A stretch of 64,000 nucleotides of DNA, from positions 151,466,001-151,530,000 of the forward strand of contig NC_042999.1 in NCBI RefSeq assembly GCF_006345805.1, written 5' to 3'. This document shows, in pieces, positions 11,229 to 24,719 of the stretch (its first letter is position 1; each line of letters starts with the position of its first letter). This DNA comes from Octopus sinensis (lineage: Eukaryota). Below the pieces are notes generated by a model that was not told where the DNA came from, made no database searches, and saw only the letters and a list, made by a program, of their open reading frames with translations. Made by a program: the position numbers and the translations under genes.

Positions 11229-11596
11229 AAATAGAACAGAAATAACGATATGATCAAAACTAGTTAAAGGATACACCTTTAAAAATGGATTTGTTTCGTT
11301 GGTTCTTTCAAATAACGGTCTTAAGCATGCGATAAACAAAATAAACAAAAAAAAAATGAATTCAATATAAATTCATCCTATAATAGAAAATCGAGGAAAA
11401 ACTTTAAATCGAAGGGCAGCTTCAAAGTACATATTATCATTAATTATATATGAAATATAATTCGATTAATACAATTAATACATTAAAAATTAAAATATTT
11501 CACAACACTATATACACGTACTAAACCATTCAATATACATATATACATCAAAATACAGGGAGCATGAAAAACAAGCAAGAAAGTAATGTGTGGTAG

Positions 11597-11629
<33 letters not shown>

Positions 11630-11974
11630 CTGTAGTGGCAATGGCAGCGCTACCAGCTGTTTATCAGAAATTGTATGTTGCTAAAGAAGGTCCTTGGCCA
11701 CCTTGAGCAATGAACAGTCTATTGTATTGCAAACATTTCAAGTGAGATTTCCACTGAAGATAATTCCCTCTCTCCCTCAAAGACAGTACCTGTATCTCAT
11801 AAAACAATATTTCAGACGGTCTAATATGTTTCAATCTCATTGCAATCAGTTGAGGATTTATTAGTTTAAATAGATTATCTTATCTCAAGAACACTATTCG
11901 CTAACAGCAATTTGTATCAAAACGCACGCGCGCATGTATGAGAAATTGCTGCAATAAACCTCTATTCTGAATTT

Positions 11975-12395
11975 GGATCTTTTCGGTTTGAACGGCAGTT
12001 TATTTAAAATAATTTCCACGTAACTAAACACTTTTAAACTTCGTATACTGGTAGAATCTGTTTATAAAACATCATTTTCTCTTGGCTTTATTGAGAAAAT
12101 TCTATAGTTTATAAGATATTTGTTGTTTTTTTTCTTCAATTTCTGCAATTCCAACCAATCACTGACGTCTATTGAGGTAAAACAAAACATTCTGTGCCGT
12201 ATGAATATGTTACTCGTTTAAGAAACAGATTGGGTTTATTTACATTTGTGAAGAAAAAAAGATACCCTTCCCCCCACCCCTAACCCTAACCCTAAAACAG
12301 ATTGAAATGCAATAGATCGATACTAGGGTCATAATTATGGGCAACAATTTCATATGACACCGCTAGAAAAACTGCCATTCAAACCGAAAAGATCC
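11975..12395. mobile_element. MITE (421 bp), GG..CC termini, 8-bp TSD, Merlin- or hAT-type; contains (CCCTAA)3
   Basis: TIR GGATCTTTTCGGTTTGAACGGCAGTT / AACTGCCATTCAAACCGAAAAGATCC; perfect TSD CTGAATTT. Confidence 0.85.
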
Positions 12396-13047
12396 CTGAA
12401 TTTATATAAGTGATTTTCAAAACTGGTGAAGCACAAGCTATTTTTCTGTTCTGAACTACCAACATGCAGTTCTCTCTCTTTAATTACTCCCTCCTCTGTC
12501 ACATTCCTACTTTCACTACCCTCTCGATCACTCACTGTCTTACTTTTCACCTCTTGCCCTTGCTCTCTCTCTCTCTCTCTCCCTCCTACTTCAACGCTCT
12601 TTTGTTTGTTCATCCTCTCTAGATTGTGTAGAGCTTTTTCTTTTATCTGTTTCAGCTATTAGGTGCTGGGGCACCACCAGGAAGAATTTTTTGTCGAATG
12701 AATCGACTCCTGTGCTTTTATATACATAATTTTTTTTTGTTAAGCCTTATTCTATTTATTTTTTACATTAATCATAATCTTATTTCTGCTAGAGTTCTTT
12801 TGTCACACTCCTGTGACCGCATCAGTAGTTCTTTGCTTTCTTCTTTCATATTTATGTGTCTCTCCATAAGCATACCAACACCGTTTGTCAAGCGATGGCA
12901 GGGTACAAACACAGATACAAAGACACATCTCCACACACATACACACACACACACATACATACATACACACACACATACATATGCAAACACATACATACAC
13001 ACACACACACATACATACATACATACATACATACATACATACATACA

Positions 13048-13077
<30 letters not shown>

Positions 13078-13080
<3 letters not shown>

Positions 13081-14293
13081 CAGACTGAGTAAAAAGTAAG
13101 CAATGTATTGAAACATATAATTCATTACAACATATTTCAACAATGCGGAAATTTTATTCATCAAAGTACCATTACAATCAACTCATTTTTGCCAACGAGT
13201 TACAAGTTTGCTCGTTCCAGTTTGATTTTTGAACTTCTCTCGCAGAGACCCATCAAGGTGCTTTAAAAAGTGGTAGTCGGTAGGAGAAAGGTCTGGGGAA
13301 TAAGCTGGGTGGCGAAGAACTTCGTAGCCAAGTTCCTTCAACTTTTGGAGCGTCATTAGTGAAATGTGTGGTTGAGCATTGTCATGAAGAATGATTGGCC
13401 CTTTTCTGTTGACCAGTCTGGGACGGAGGAATAACAGTTTTTTCGTTCATTTTGGCAATTTCGTGGCAATATGTTTCTGCAGTAATGGTTTTTCCGGGTT
13501 TTAAGAAGTTATTGTGGATAAATCCAGCAGTACGCCGCCAAACAGTCACCATAGCTTTCTTTTTGAAGAATTCGGGTTTGGGGAAGGTTTTTGGTGCTTC
13601 ATTTTGGTCCAACCACTGTGAAGAACATTTTTTTTATTATTGTCAGAATCCACTTTTCATCGCAAGTTACAATACAGTCAAGAAAGGGATCGGTCTGGTT
13701 ACAGAGAAGAAGCGACCAGCAAATTTCATATCTGCGCATTTCCTGATTTTCATTCAAATCGTGTAGTACCCATTTGTCGAGCTTTTTAGATTTTCCGAAC
13801 GTTTGCAAATGGTTTTCTGACTAACTTGAAGTTCTTTTGCCAGTTCTCGAGTGGTTTTACGTGGATCTTTCTTAATGACAGTCTTTAATTGACCGTCATC
13901 GATGACAGATTGGCGTCCACTCTGCTCAAGATCTTCAAGGCTCAGGCTTCCACTGCAAAATCGTTTAAACCATTTTCAAGATGACCACTCACTGGTCATT
14001 TCCTCACCAAACGCTTCATTGATATCTCAAGCAGTTTCAGCTGCTTTACGTGCTCTTTTGAAGTTGAATTGGAAAATTGATCGAATAGCACGCATTGACT
14101 CTCCCATTTCAGATGATTGTAACGACGGTGAAAAAAATATCAATGTTAATTTATTGATGCATTTGGACAAGTCTATGTCTATATTATCAGACAATTATTT
14201 TTTAAATGTTTAAAAGAAATTCAAAACTCTGCAAAAATCCTGTACAAATTCTTCATGGTTTAAAACATTGCTTACTTTTTACTCAACCTGATA
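13078..14293 (-). mobile_element. Full-length degenerate mariner transposon
   Basis: TIRs TATCAG(ACT/GTT)GAGTAAAAAGTAAGCAATG in TA context; motifs KWVLHDL and IVTCDEKWI; frameshifts. Confidence 0.9.
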
Positions 14294-15099
14294 TACTGTT
14301 CGTTGTTCTGCTATAGGAAACAGAAACTAAAAGTACTTTATTAAATGAGATATAAACTTGTTGGTGAGAAGGGTAATGTTTTTATATATCTTATTTGTAT
14401 TCTTGAATTTAATATCTTTTTACATTTTTATGTATGTATGTATGTATGTATGTATGCATGCATGCATGTATGTATGTATGTATGTATGTATGTATGTATG
14501 TATGTATGTATGTATGTCTGGGGTAGATCCATAGCCATGGTGAGGGCAACCCATCTCGGAGAAGGAAAACTCTGATATGAAACCAGGTTTGTGGTTACTG
14601 ACAGTCCCTTTAGTTAAAGTGCCCTATCAGCATCTACTTATTCGTAGGGCAGTCTAGGCTCCGCAGTTTTTAAGCAACTAGACTAAGAGAAGGCCACGCT
14701 GATCTCGAATATGCAATCGATTTAGCATCGGACGCGTGACACACCACACACCAGTACAGGTAAATGCTTTTCTGATTGAGAGAGTGTGCATTCTGCTGTA
14801 TAAATCATGTAGTTCAGTAAAATACCATCAGCAAATACTACCAACATGTTTTGTGCCCTCAAAACCCTATGATGATGAAGGGATAGCGACGGGAACAGGT
14901 GAAGGATTTCACTGGAAGTTCTTAGCTTGAACTTCGCACATAGGTGGTGAAAGGCAGATGGCCGCTTTACACAACAACTGCGAGTAATTGTGTATTGAAA
15001 AGTAACTCCTTATTATAGAAATATTCATTTATTCGTTGTAATTTTTTTCTCAAATTTTTTGAAGTATAAGAATTTATTCTTTAATTGTATTGCTCATGT

Positions 15100-15489
15100 C
15101 ATTCACAAATGACTAAATGCCCACTTCCCCAGGAGATAGATGGGTCATTGTTTTCTGCATGAGTGGCCAGCCAGAAGTCCCAACTTAACACCTTGTGACT
15201 CCCTTCTTCGGGGTTGGTTAAAGGAACAAGTCTACTGGAACACACCAAAGACTTTGGAAGAACTTGAAGGGCGAATATATGAAGTTATGTCTTCTTCCAT
15301 CCCACAAGAGTTTCTGATGAAATCAGTTCACGCAATTCCTGTGAGACTCAAGAAGCTAGTGGCGATATCTGGAGCCCATATCGAATTTTAAATAAAACCT
15401 CATACTTTTAATATCCATTTTTTGGTAACAATTACAATTAGATAGTTTTTAAGTATTTTAAAACAGGCTGTTACTCTCAATATTCGTCC

Positions 15490-15490
<1 letters not shown>
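15100..15490 (+). mobile_element. Tc1/mariner-superfamily transposase 3' fragment
   Basis: WPARSPNLTPCDSLLRGWLKEQVY..PKTLEELEGRI motif. Confidence 0.8.
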
Positions 15491-15537
<47 letters not shown>

Positions 15538-15698
15538 TGTGTGTGTGTGTGTGCGTGTGTATTATCCAAATTTTATAGTATTAAGTATCCATCACAGCTG
15601 GTCTCTCTATAAAATTTTGATAATATACTCACTCTACTGACAGTTATAAGACTGTGTCTTCTCATTGACTTATATGTGTGTGTGTGTGTGTGTGTGTA

Positions 15699-16111
15699 CT
15701 AGTTGAGTAGCCCGTCGTTGCTGGGCAATTTTTGCAATAGAATGCCTTTATTTCAATTTATTTATCTCATGTCAGACAGTGTCTTCTCCGGTGCATAGGC
15801 ATCTTGATCAGGACGGGTTTCTGCATTATTTTGGGAGAATTTATAATGTCTCGAGAAAGGAAGTTTTTTTTTTGTTTTCCCATTCAGTGTATATACACTC
15901 TTTTACTCTTTTACTTGTTTCAGTCATTTGACTGTGACCATGCTGGAGCACTACCTTTAATGGAGCAAATCGACCCCAGGACTTATACTTTGTGAGTCTA
16001 GTACTTATTCTATCGGTCTCTTTTGCCGAACCGCTAAGTTACGGGGACATAAACACACCAGCATCGGTTGTCAAGTGATGTTGGGGGGACAAACACAGCC
16101 ACACAAATACA

Positions 16112-16146
<35 letters not shown>

Positions 16147-16520
16147 CACACACACACACACACAACACACATATATATATACATATATACGACGGGCTTC
16201 TTTCAGTTTCTGTTTGCCAAATCCACTCACAAGGCTTTGGTCGGCCCGAGGCTATAATAGAAGACACTTGCCCAAGGTGTCACACAGTGGGACTGAACCT
16301 GGAACCATGTAGTTGGTAAGCAAGCTACTTACCACACAGCCACTCCTACGACTTTTTTCTTATTTCCAACTCTTGAACATCCAACGTAAAGCTGACCGTG
16401 AGTGAAGCCAGGCTCTTCAAGGTGTAAAACCGATATGTTTGCCCTTGTGATTTTTTTGATGGTCATGGCAAAACTAAGACTCGCTGGAAATTGAAGCCGT
16501 TTGAAATGAAATGGGTCTTC
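15699..16520 (-). mobile_element. Helitron 3' end (Pif1-type helicase C-terminus), interrupted by a SINE
   Basis: FKRLQFPASLSFAMTI..FTHGQLYVGCSRVG. The minus strand ends with a GCCC..GGGC hairpin followed by CTAG|T at 15699. Confidence 0.8.
15897..16348 (-). mobile_element. Abundant tRNA-derived SINE with internal (TA/CA)n
   Basis: Head GGAGTGGCTGTGTGGTAAG..GGTTCAGTCCC, tail GACTGAAACAAGTAAAAGAG. Other copies at about 28322-28768, 47742-48115, 49737-50135, 60399-60805 and 60938-61325, plus partial copies. Confidence 0.85.
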
Positions 16521-17773
16521 ATCTCCTGAGTCTGTGTGACAAAGGCTCTGTGCACTTATCATCTAATCGATGCATCCGATACTCGGGTGTCTTCCGAGAC
16601 CGTGCAACAGAGGTTCGTGTCCGCATAACACAAAGTTCTTTTCTTGTGTGTGTGGGATGACGTCAGCAGCTGGGGAGCTGACCGGAACTTGGTGCTGACA
16701 GGAAGGGGTAGGCGTGACGCGCGCGCAGCGAGCGGGTCACTCTGCCTTTTCGAGTCAGGTCATCGAGGGGTTAAGATGGGTCATCACATTGTTAAGGTTG
16801 GGCGAAGCAGCTGCTATCTCTAGCGTTCGGGTCGGGCTGTGTTGAAGGATCCGTTACCGCTGAAGGGTCTCCATCTGAGCGAAGAGAAGGTAGGTGCCTT
16901 TATTTCGAATCTCTCGCATACATCACAGTATGTGTCGAGTGTCTCTTGATCTCCCTGCTGATACTTTGTGAGTGTATTTCGGATCTAGTTAGTTTCGTTC
17001 GCAAAATGAGCCCCCTGTAATTTTGCTCAAGCTGCTTTCAATTTTAGTGTATCGATGCAGTTCTGAATTCTGATTACGATCAACTAATTACTTTGTCTCG
17101 CAAATTAAAGGATCTGATGTCATTTGGAATTAAAGTTGGGAAATTTGGGTAATTTTAGCCAATCAACAAACAGCGAGGCATTAACATCTTCTTACCATGA
17201 CAACCCCACGTTGTGTTGTGTTTCACTTCACCGACATATGTTGATTCTTCACACCACGAGATTTACTTCACCCGCGTGATTTCCTTCAATAAAAATTTGT
17301 ATTTATTAATTAGAATTTTATTATAGATATTTTTTGTCAATTGTCTTAATATTTTACATATTTTTCATATATAGCGAAAGTTGTTTGCGATGTTTATGCA
17401 GTTTCTTCGCATTATGAAGATGAATGGAATATGTGAACTTAGTACACAGCCGCACATCTACACTTCAAGCACAGTACTAACAAAGCGTCGGTGACTCATC
17501 GCGCAGTATTGCCAAGCTTCAGGGACTCATTGACTCAGATAGCTGGATTTATGCTTTCACTGGGTTAATTCTATTCATAAACATTTAAATTAGGAGTATT
17601 TCGTAAACCATTAACTTCACATTTCAACAGTTTAACTGAAATTTAGCCCACATAACAGGAATTGAGAAGGATATTGGGGAACAGAGAAACTGTGGGTGAT
17701 ACAAATAATCTGACTTTACATTATTTACATTATTTACATTTGACGGCTATTTGTCCTCATCTTGTTTGTTGTT

Positions 17774-17819
17774 AACACAATGTTTCGGCTGGTATATCCT
17801 CCAGCCTTCATCAGGTGTC
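17774..17819 (-). ncRNA. Minimal hammerhead motif, slightly degenerate
   Basis: GACAC CTGATGA A GGCTGG-8nt-CCAGCC GAAA CATT GTGTT. GAAACATT is probably CpG-decayed GAAACGTT. Confidence 0.65.
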
Positions 17820-17866
17820 TTGGAGAAATTGCGAACCTGAGTTCTCATTCCTAAGGTATTTTTCAA

Positions 17867-17957
<91 letters not shown>

Positions 17958-17961
<4 letters not shown>

Positions 17962-18545
17962 TATGTTTGACTTTTGCTTTATGTCTATACAAGTTGGCTC
18001 CAAGTCTCACCCAGAGACCTCAAGAGACAACAGGTTGGAAGTTCACGTTGTTGTTATGCCTAGTGTGCCATATATTTGGGGGTTTTTTTGGGTGTTGTAC
18101 TAGTGAATGTCTAATACATAAATTTAAAAAAAAAAAGTTTGTTTTAAACCTTGGGATTACATAGAGAGTATTTTGCGTAGGATATGAGCAGTTCCCATGA
18201 GCACTATCTTTTGAATTTCTGCCATTTTGGGGTTTCCTGGTATCTGAGTTAGGTAGCAATCAGCCCCTTTCGCTATCATTCCCAGGGCACCTATGACAAC
18301 AGGTATTGCTTTAGTCTTCAGGTTCCACATTTTGCTGATTTCTATTTCAAGATCTTTATATTTGCTCAGTTTTTGGTAGGTCTTGACAGATACGTTTATA
18401 TCGATTGGGACAGTCATATCAATGAGGAGGCATGTTCTTTGTCTGAAGTCTTTCAATATGATGTCTGGCCTATTTGCATCTATCTTTCTGTCAGTTTGAA
18501 TGGTGAAGTTCCAGAGGAGTGAGATGTGGTCATAATCATGAGAGA
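17958..18545 (-). mobile_element. Dong/R4-like non-LTR 3' fragment (RLE)
   Basis: LLWNFTIQTDRKIDANRPDIIL..CLLIDMTVP..KLSKYKDL..PVVIGALG; adjoins (TAA)n. Its 3'UTR is repeated at 19176-19325. Confidence 0.85.
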
Positions 18546-18816
18546 CGACTAAATGTTCACACAAAATTGGAGATATTTATGTTTCTAATTTTTCTTGTTA
18601 GGTGTACGTTTGTATGAGCTGTAGATATGTAAGTTCCTTAACTTATTTTGAGGGAAATTCAAATTACTCACAGAAAACAGTAGATCTTCCAGTTTTCTAC
18701 AGTTGTTTTTTTTAGTTGTCCTGCTGGGTTAGCTGTTGCCAGTTCAGAGCATCGGAAAAATACGTCCATCCTCTGTCACATCCAGTTGCCTTCTTCTATT
18801 TCTTCTTCTTCTTCTT

Positions 18817-18847
<31 letters not shown>

Positions 18848-18862
18848 TTATTATTATTATTA

Positions 18863-19001
18863 TTCAGGTCACTACATGGAATTGAACTCGGAATCATGGG
18901 GTTAGTCGCCCGCGCTCTTAACCAAGACATATGGTGTTGTAGTTAATAGCACGGGCTACTAACCCCAAGATTCCGAGTTCAGTTCCAGGCAGTGACTTGA
19001 A
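18863..19001. mobile_element. Two short tRNA-like SINE heads, head-to-head, each followed by (AAT)n
   Basis: Inverted pair with B-box-like GAGTTCA(A/G)TTCC. Confidence 0.6.
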
Positions 19002-19023
19002 ATAAAAAAAAAATAATAATAAT

Positions 19024-19071
<48 letters not shown>

Positions 19072-19125
19072 TATAATAATAACAATAATAATAATAATAA
19101 AATATTAATAATAATAATAATAATA

Positions 19126-19177
<52 letters not shown>

Positions 19178-19420
19178 TATGTTTGACTTTTGCTTTATAT
19201 TTGTACAAGTTGGCTCCAAGTCTCACCCAGGGACCTCAAGAGACAACAGGCTGGAAGTTCATGTTGTTGTTATGCCTAGTGTGCCATATATTTGCTTTTT
19301 TGGGGGGTGTTGTTCTAGTGAATGGACCAATGGACCATCTTGATATGAGATTTTACCATTTGTCAGCGGTTTTTATTTTATAATACCGACATATTATCCA
19401 ATGTAAATAATAATTATTAC

Positions 19421-19462
<42 letters not shown>

Positions 19463-19463
<1 letters not shown>

Positions 19464-20441
19464 GTTGTTGTTGTTTTTTCCTTCTTTCTTCAAATTTTCT
19501 TCCATTTCTCGCCGAGTGTTTTCCATACACCTTGGGCAGAGAAGCTCATTGTATGTATTCCCAGATTACACACGCAAATTCACAGATAAAATATGTATTT
19601 AAAAATTAATAATAAATAAATAAATAAATTCATGGATGGATGTTGTTTTCACAGTGATAATGCTCTTCTCAGTACATGAGCCGTTCCAGTTAATACGATT
19701 TTTTGCACTTCCTGTAGGGATGGTAAGCTTGGAATCATTTTCAAATAGGTTTCAGTGCCTTTTTTTTTTTATCATTCCTAGAGATCCTACAATCACTGGT
19801 ACTGTAGTCGCCTTGAGATGCCCCATTTTTTCAATTTCTATTAGCAGGTCTTTATATTTACTAATCTTGTCAAATTCTTTCACCGCTATATTGTGATCGC
19901 AAGGGATACTCATGTCAATTAATAAACACATCTTTTTTGTCTGATCTTTTATAATAATATCTGGTTTATTAGCTTTTATAGTCCTGTCGGTCTGTACGGG
20001 GAAGTCCCATAGAACCGACACATTTTCTCCCTCAGTCACAGCTTCAGGATGGTGTTTATACCATTTGTCAGCGGTTTTGATTTTATAATACCGACATATT
20101 ATCCAATGTAAATACTGGCCGACTCTGTCATGTCTTGCTTTATATTCTGCAGGTGCTAAGACTCTACACCCTGAGATTAGGTGGTCTACTGTTTCAATCT
20201 TATCGTTACAGAATCGGCATTTTGGGTCAGCTCCATTTTTTATCACATTGGCTTGGTAGTTCCGGGTTAATAAGCTTTGGTCTTCAGCAGCTAATATGAA
20301 ACCTTCACTCTCTGCTTTTAGCCCTGAGCTTCGTAACCATTGGTGCGTGTGTTTCTGGTCGACATCAGCTTGTTTGCTACGGGCCACATACTTGCCATGG
20401 AGAGGTTTTTGTTCCCATCTGCTAGCTAAATTTTTATGTGC

Positions 20442-20486
<45 letters not shown>

Positions 20487-21461
20487 GTTGTTGTTGTTTT
20501 TTCCTTCTTTCTTCAAATTTTCTTCCATTTCTCGCCGAGTGTTTTCCATACACCTTGGGCAGAGAAGCTCATTGTATGTATTCCCAGATTACACACGCAA
20601 ATTCACAGATAAAATATGTATTTAAAAATTAATAAATAAATAAATAAATTCATGGATGGATGTTGTTTTCACAGTGATAATGCTCTTCTCAGTACATGAG
20701 CCGTTCCAGTTAATACGATTTTTTGCACTTCCTGTAGGGATGGTAAGCTTGGAATCATTTTCAAATAGGTTTCAGTGCCTTTTTTTTTTTATCATTCCTA
20801 GAGATCCTACAATCACTGGTACTGTAGTCGCCTTGAGATGCCCCATTTTTTCAATTTCTATTAGCAGGTCTTTATATTTACTAATCTTGTCAAATTCTTT
20901 CACCGCTATATTGTGATCGCAAGGGATACTCATGTCAATTAATAAACACATCTTTTTTGTCTGATCTTTTATAATAATATCTGGTTTATTAGCTTTTATA
21001 GTCCTGTCGGTCTGTACGGGGAAGTCCCATAGAACCGACACATTTTCTCCCTCAGTCACAGCTTCAGGATGGTGTTTATACCATTTGTCAGCGGTTTTGA
21101 TTTTATAATACCGACATATTATCCAATGTAAATACTGGCCGACTCTGTCATGTCTTGCTTTATATTCTGCAGGTGCTAAGACTCTACACCCTGAGATTAG
21201 GTGGTCTACTGTTTCAATCTTATCGTTACAGAATCGGCATTTTGGGTCAGCTCCATTTTTTATCACATTGGCTTGGTAGTTCCGGGTTAATAAGCTTTGG
21301 TCTTCAGCAGCTAATATGAAACCTTCACTCTCTGCTTTTAGCCCTGAGCTTCGTAACCATTGGTGCGTGTGTTTCTGGTCGACATCAGCTTGTTTGCTAC
21401 GGGCCACATACTTGCCATGGAGAGGTTTTTGTTCCCATCTGCTAGCTAAATTTTTATGTGC

Positions 21462-21462
<1 letters not shown>
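19463..21462 (-). mobile_element. Two tandem near-identical Dong/R4-like 3' fragments (~1020-bp period)
   Basis: LKAESEGFILAAEDQ, CCHC knuckle CRFC..HLISGC, RHD, KPDIII..IDMSIP..KISKY; copies separated by (TAA)n. Confidence 0.9.
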
Positions 21463-21503
<41 letters not shown>

Positions 21504-21604
21504 GGTGTAAGAGTGGCTGTGTGGTAAGTAGATTGCTTACGAATCACATGGTTCCGGGTTCAGTCCCACTGCGTGGCACCTTGAGCAAGTGTCTTCTACT
21601 ATAG

Positions 21605-22389
21605 CTTTTTATCAGTGGGAACACTTGCATTATCAGTGGGAACACTTGTACAAGTATTTTCTTCCCTGTCTTTAATAATTATATCTGGTCTATTAGCCTG
21701 GATAGTTCTGTCAGTGTTGACTGGAAAATCCCAGAGGATAGTGACAGTTTCACCTTCAACGACTGACTCAGGATGGTGTTCATACCAGTAAGCAGGAGTG
21801 CTGATGTTGCATTGTTTACATATTTTCCATTTTAAATACTGTTCTACAAATCGTGGCAATTTTTATATTCGTTTGGTGTCAGCACACGACACCCCGAGAT
21901 GAGATGGTCTATTGTCTTGTAAAATGTATCACAGAATCTGCATTTAAGGTCAGAACCGTTTTGAAGAACGTTAGCCTGGTAGATTTTTGTGAGTAAGCAT
22001 TGGTCTTGTGCCATCAGTGTGAAACATTCAGTCTCTGCTTTCAGTCCGGAACTTCTCAGTAACTGATGGGTTATTACTTGATCTACATCAGCATTTTGAC
22101 TTTGAAGTATATATTGTCCATGCAGAAGTTTCTGGCTTCACCGCTCCTCAATTTGTTTTTACCTGTCCTTTTTTGCAGTCTGCTTGGTCCATTTTGCTTG
22201 TTTTGTGACAGTGGTTTCGGGTTATTCAACTATTTCAGGACTAATGCCAAGTTCCATTGTGAATTTGCTAACTTCTTGACAATCGAAAGTGATTTTTTTG
22301 CTGCTTTTGTGTTTGCACACAAGTCGCAGTGTCCAATCCTCTGTACTAGATAATTACCTGTTCATTGCTTTTGTGGAGGTATGATAGCA

Positions 22390-22425
<36 letters not shown>

Positions 22426-22979
22426 CATCATTATTATTATTATTATTATTCAGTAGTTTTATTTTTTATAGCGTGCTTTCACTTCACTACCGAGCGCAAC
22501 TCTGTGTGCCTTGGGTATGTGCTGTGATTTGTTGTGATGCTCTGATGGTTATTGTATGGAAAGTGTTCTGCGTAGGATGTGTGCAGTGCCTAGTAGTGCA
22601 ATTTTCTGTATGTTATATGTGTTTGTAAGTCCTGGTGTTTTTGTTATGTATTTGTCTGAATATTTTTCTATCATGCCTAATGCACCTACTATGATAGGAA
22701 TTGTTTCTGTTTTTAGATTCCACATTCTGGTTACCTCCATTTCCAGGTCTTTGTATTTTGAAAGTTTCTCCATTTCTTTTAGAGACACGTTGTCATCTGC
22801 CGGTATTGATACATCAATTAGAAAGCATTTTTTTTCTTCATGATCTCTGACAACTATATCTGGTCTGTTGGCCTTAATTTCTCTATCTGTGTGTATCGAC
22901 ATATCCCAGAGTATGGTTGCTTTCTCGTTTTCTGTGACCTTTTCTGGTGTGTGCCTATACCATCTTTTTTTTTTTTTAC

Positions 22980-23044
<65 letters not shown>

Positions 23045-23071
23045 TCCTTCTTCTTCTTCTTCTTCTTCTTA

Positions 23072-23106
<35 letters not shown>

Positions 23107-23700
23107 TCGTAACACAATGTAGGTAAAAATGCACCGGAGTCTTTTGTCATCTGTCAAGTCACAACAAAGAGCTCAAACAGATAATACTTTCCTGAAGATG
23201 TGCGCTTTCCTTAAGATGTGTGTGTGTAAGGCTGCTTTTTGCAAGACATCAATCTTGCATGGGATTTCCAGTTGCCTTGAGAAGTCTTGAAGTTTCAATG
23301 GGATTGAGCCCAATGCTTCTATCACCTCTGGTATCACTTTTACATTACCCTCTCGCATTCCATACAGTCTTGCCATTTCCACTTTCAATTCGGACTACTT
23401 GGTAATTTTTTCAACCTTTTTACTCACAACATTCATGTCATTTGGTATGGCTACATCAGTGATCTGATAGTATTTGTTTCTCTTATTCAAAATGACAATG
23501 CCGACGATGTTCGATTACACGATCCGTCTGAAAACCATAGTCCCAGAGTATCGTTACTTTTCCATCCTCCTGCATAACTTTATTTGGTATATGCTCATAC
23601 CAGTTCTCTCTTACTTCATATTGGTATTTACAGCATAAGAGCCAATGAAGATACACACACACAGTCTATCGTGGCAACGCTTGTATTCTTTTTGTGCATT
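21605..23700 (-). mobile_element. Three further divergent Dong/R4-like 3' fragments (~21605-22391, ~22451-22965, ~23107-23700)
   Basis: ILWDFPVNTDRTIQANRPDI, ILWDMSIHTDREIKANRPDI and KRCHDR remnants, separated by (TAA)n. Confidence 0.85.
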
Positions 23701-24255
23701 GTGTAATTTCAAAGCTAACCTCTTAATTATACAGTCAGGCCTGTGCCTATAAAAATGGCTGTAATCTGTGCAATTATCTAAAAGGAAATAGGAGACATAT
23801 GTTGGACATGAGAGTATAAGATAATATCGATAAATAGATGCAGTACAAAACTGACTTCTGTTTGAGTAACATAATCTGCTGTTTTGGGGATATTTATTTT
23901 TTGAAAATATAGGGAACAGCGTCTGTAAAATGCCATTTAATGACAGAGGGTGCTGAGTCACTGCTCAGGACAATATATATATTTTTTTGTCATAAAGACA
24001 ACAGCTGGGGTCTATTGGAAACTAATGACTGTTAGGTGAACTAGCGCTCCATCAGTTACGACGATGAGTGTTCCAGTTGATCCGATCAACGGAACAACCT
24101 GCTAGTGAAATTAATGTGCAAGTAGCTGAGCACTCCATAGACACGTGTACCCCTTAATGTAGACCCCGGGGAGGCACATAGCTTAGTGGTTAGAGCAGCA
24201 GATTTGCGGTCGAGGGATCGCAAGTTCGAATCTTAGAGCGGGCGATGTGTGTGCT

Positions 24256-24513
24256 TATGATGATGATGATGAACATGATGATGATGATGATGATGATTGT
24301 GATAGTAGAGGTGGTAGCAGTGGTGACGATGATGATAGTAGTGGTGGTGGTGATGGTAATGGTGATGATGGTGATGGTGGTGATGATGACTATGGTGTTG
24401 GTAGTGATTGTGGTGGTGGTGATGATGATAATGGTGGTGGTGGTGGTGATGATGATAATGGTGGTGGTGGTGGTGATGATGATAATGGTGGTGGTGGTGG
24501 TGATGATGATGAT
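24256..24513. repeat. Compound (GAT/GGT)n microsatellite after a tRNA-like SINE head (24172-24255)
   Basis: Direct inspection. Confidence 0.85.
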
Positions 24514-24719
24514 TTCAGATCTTTTGCTGTTAAACGTACCAAACAAACAAAATGCAGACATCAGCTGTTACAATTTTCCTCCCCTACCTTGCGTGTTGCG
24601 CTAATTTATTGGTTATCCAACTCAAATATGCTAATAACGACCCTTTATGTTGATATATCAAGGAATCATTACCAATTTATGGCACCAGCACAATGTTAAA
24701 GGATAAAGAAATATTTTAT

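Noticed and set aside
12278-12295. Telomere or chromosome-fusion relic
   Set aside because: Only three units, inside a MITE with a TSD.
19752-20549. 265-aa ORF with poly-N as a host gene
   Set aside because: Chance fusion of the neighbouring copy's 3'UTR, (AAT)n and a truncated retrotransposon frame.
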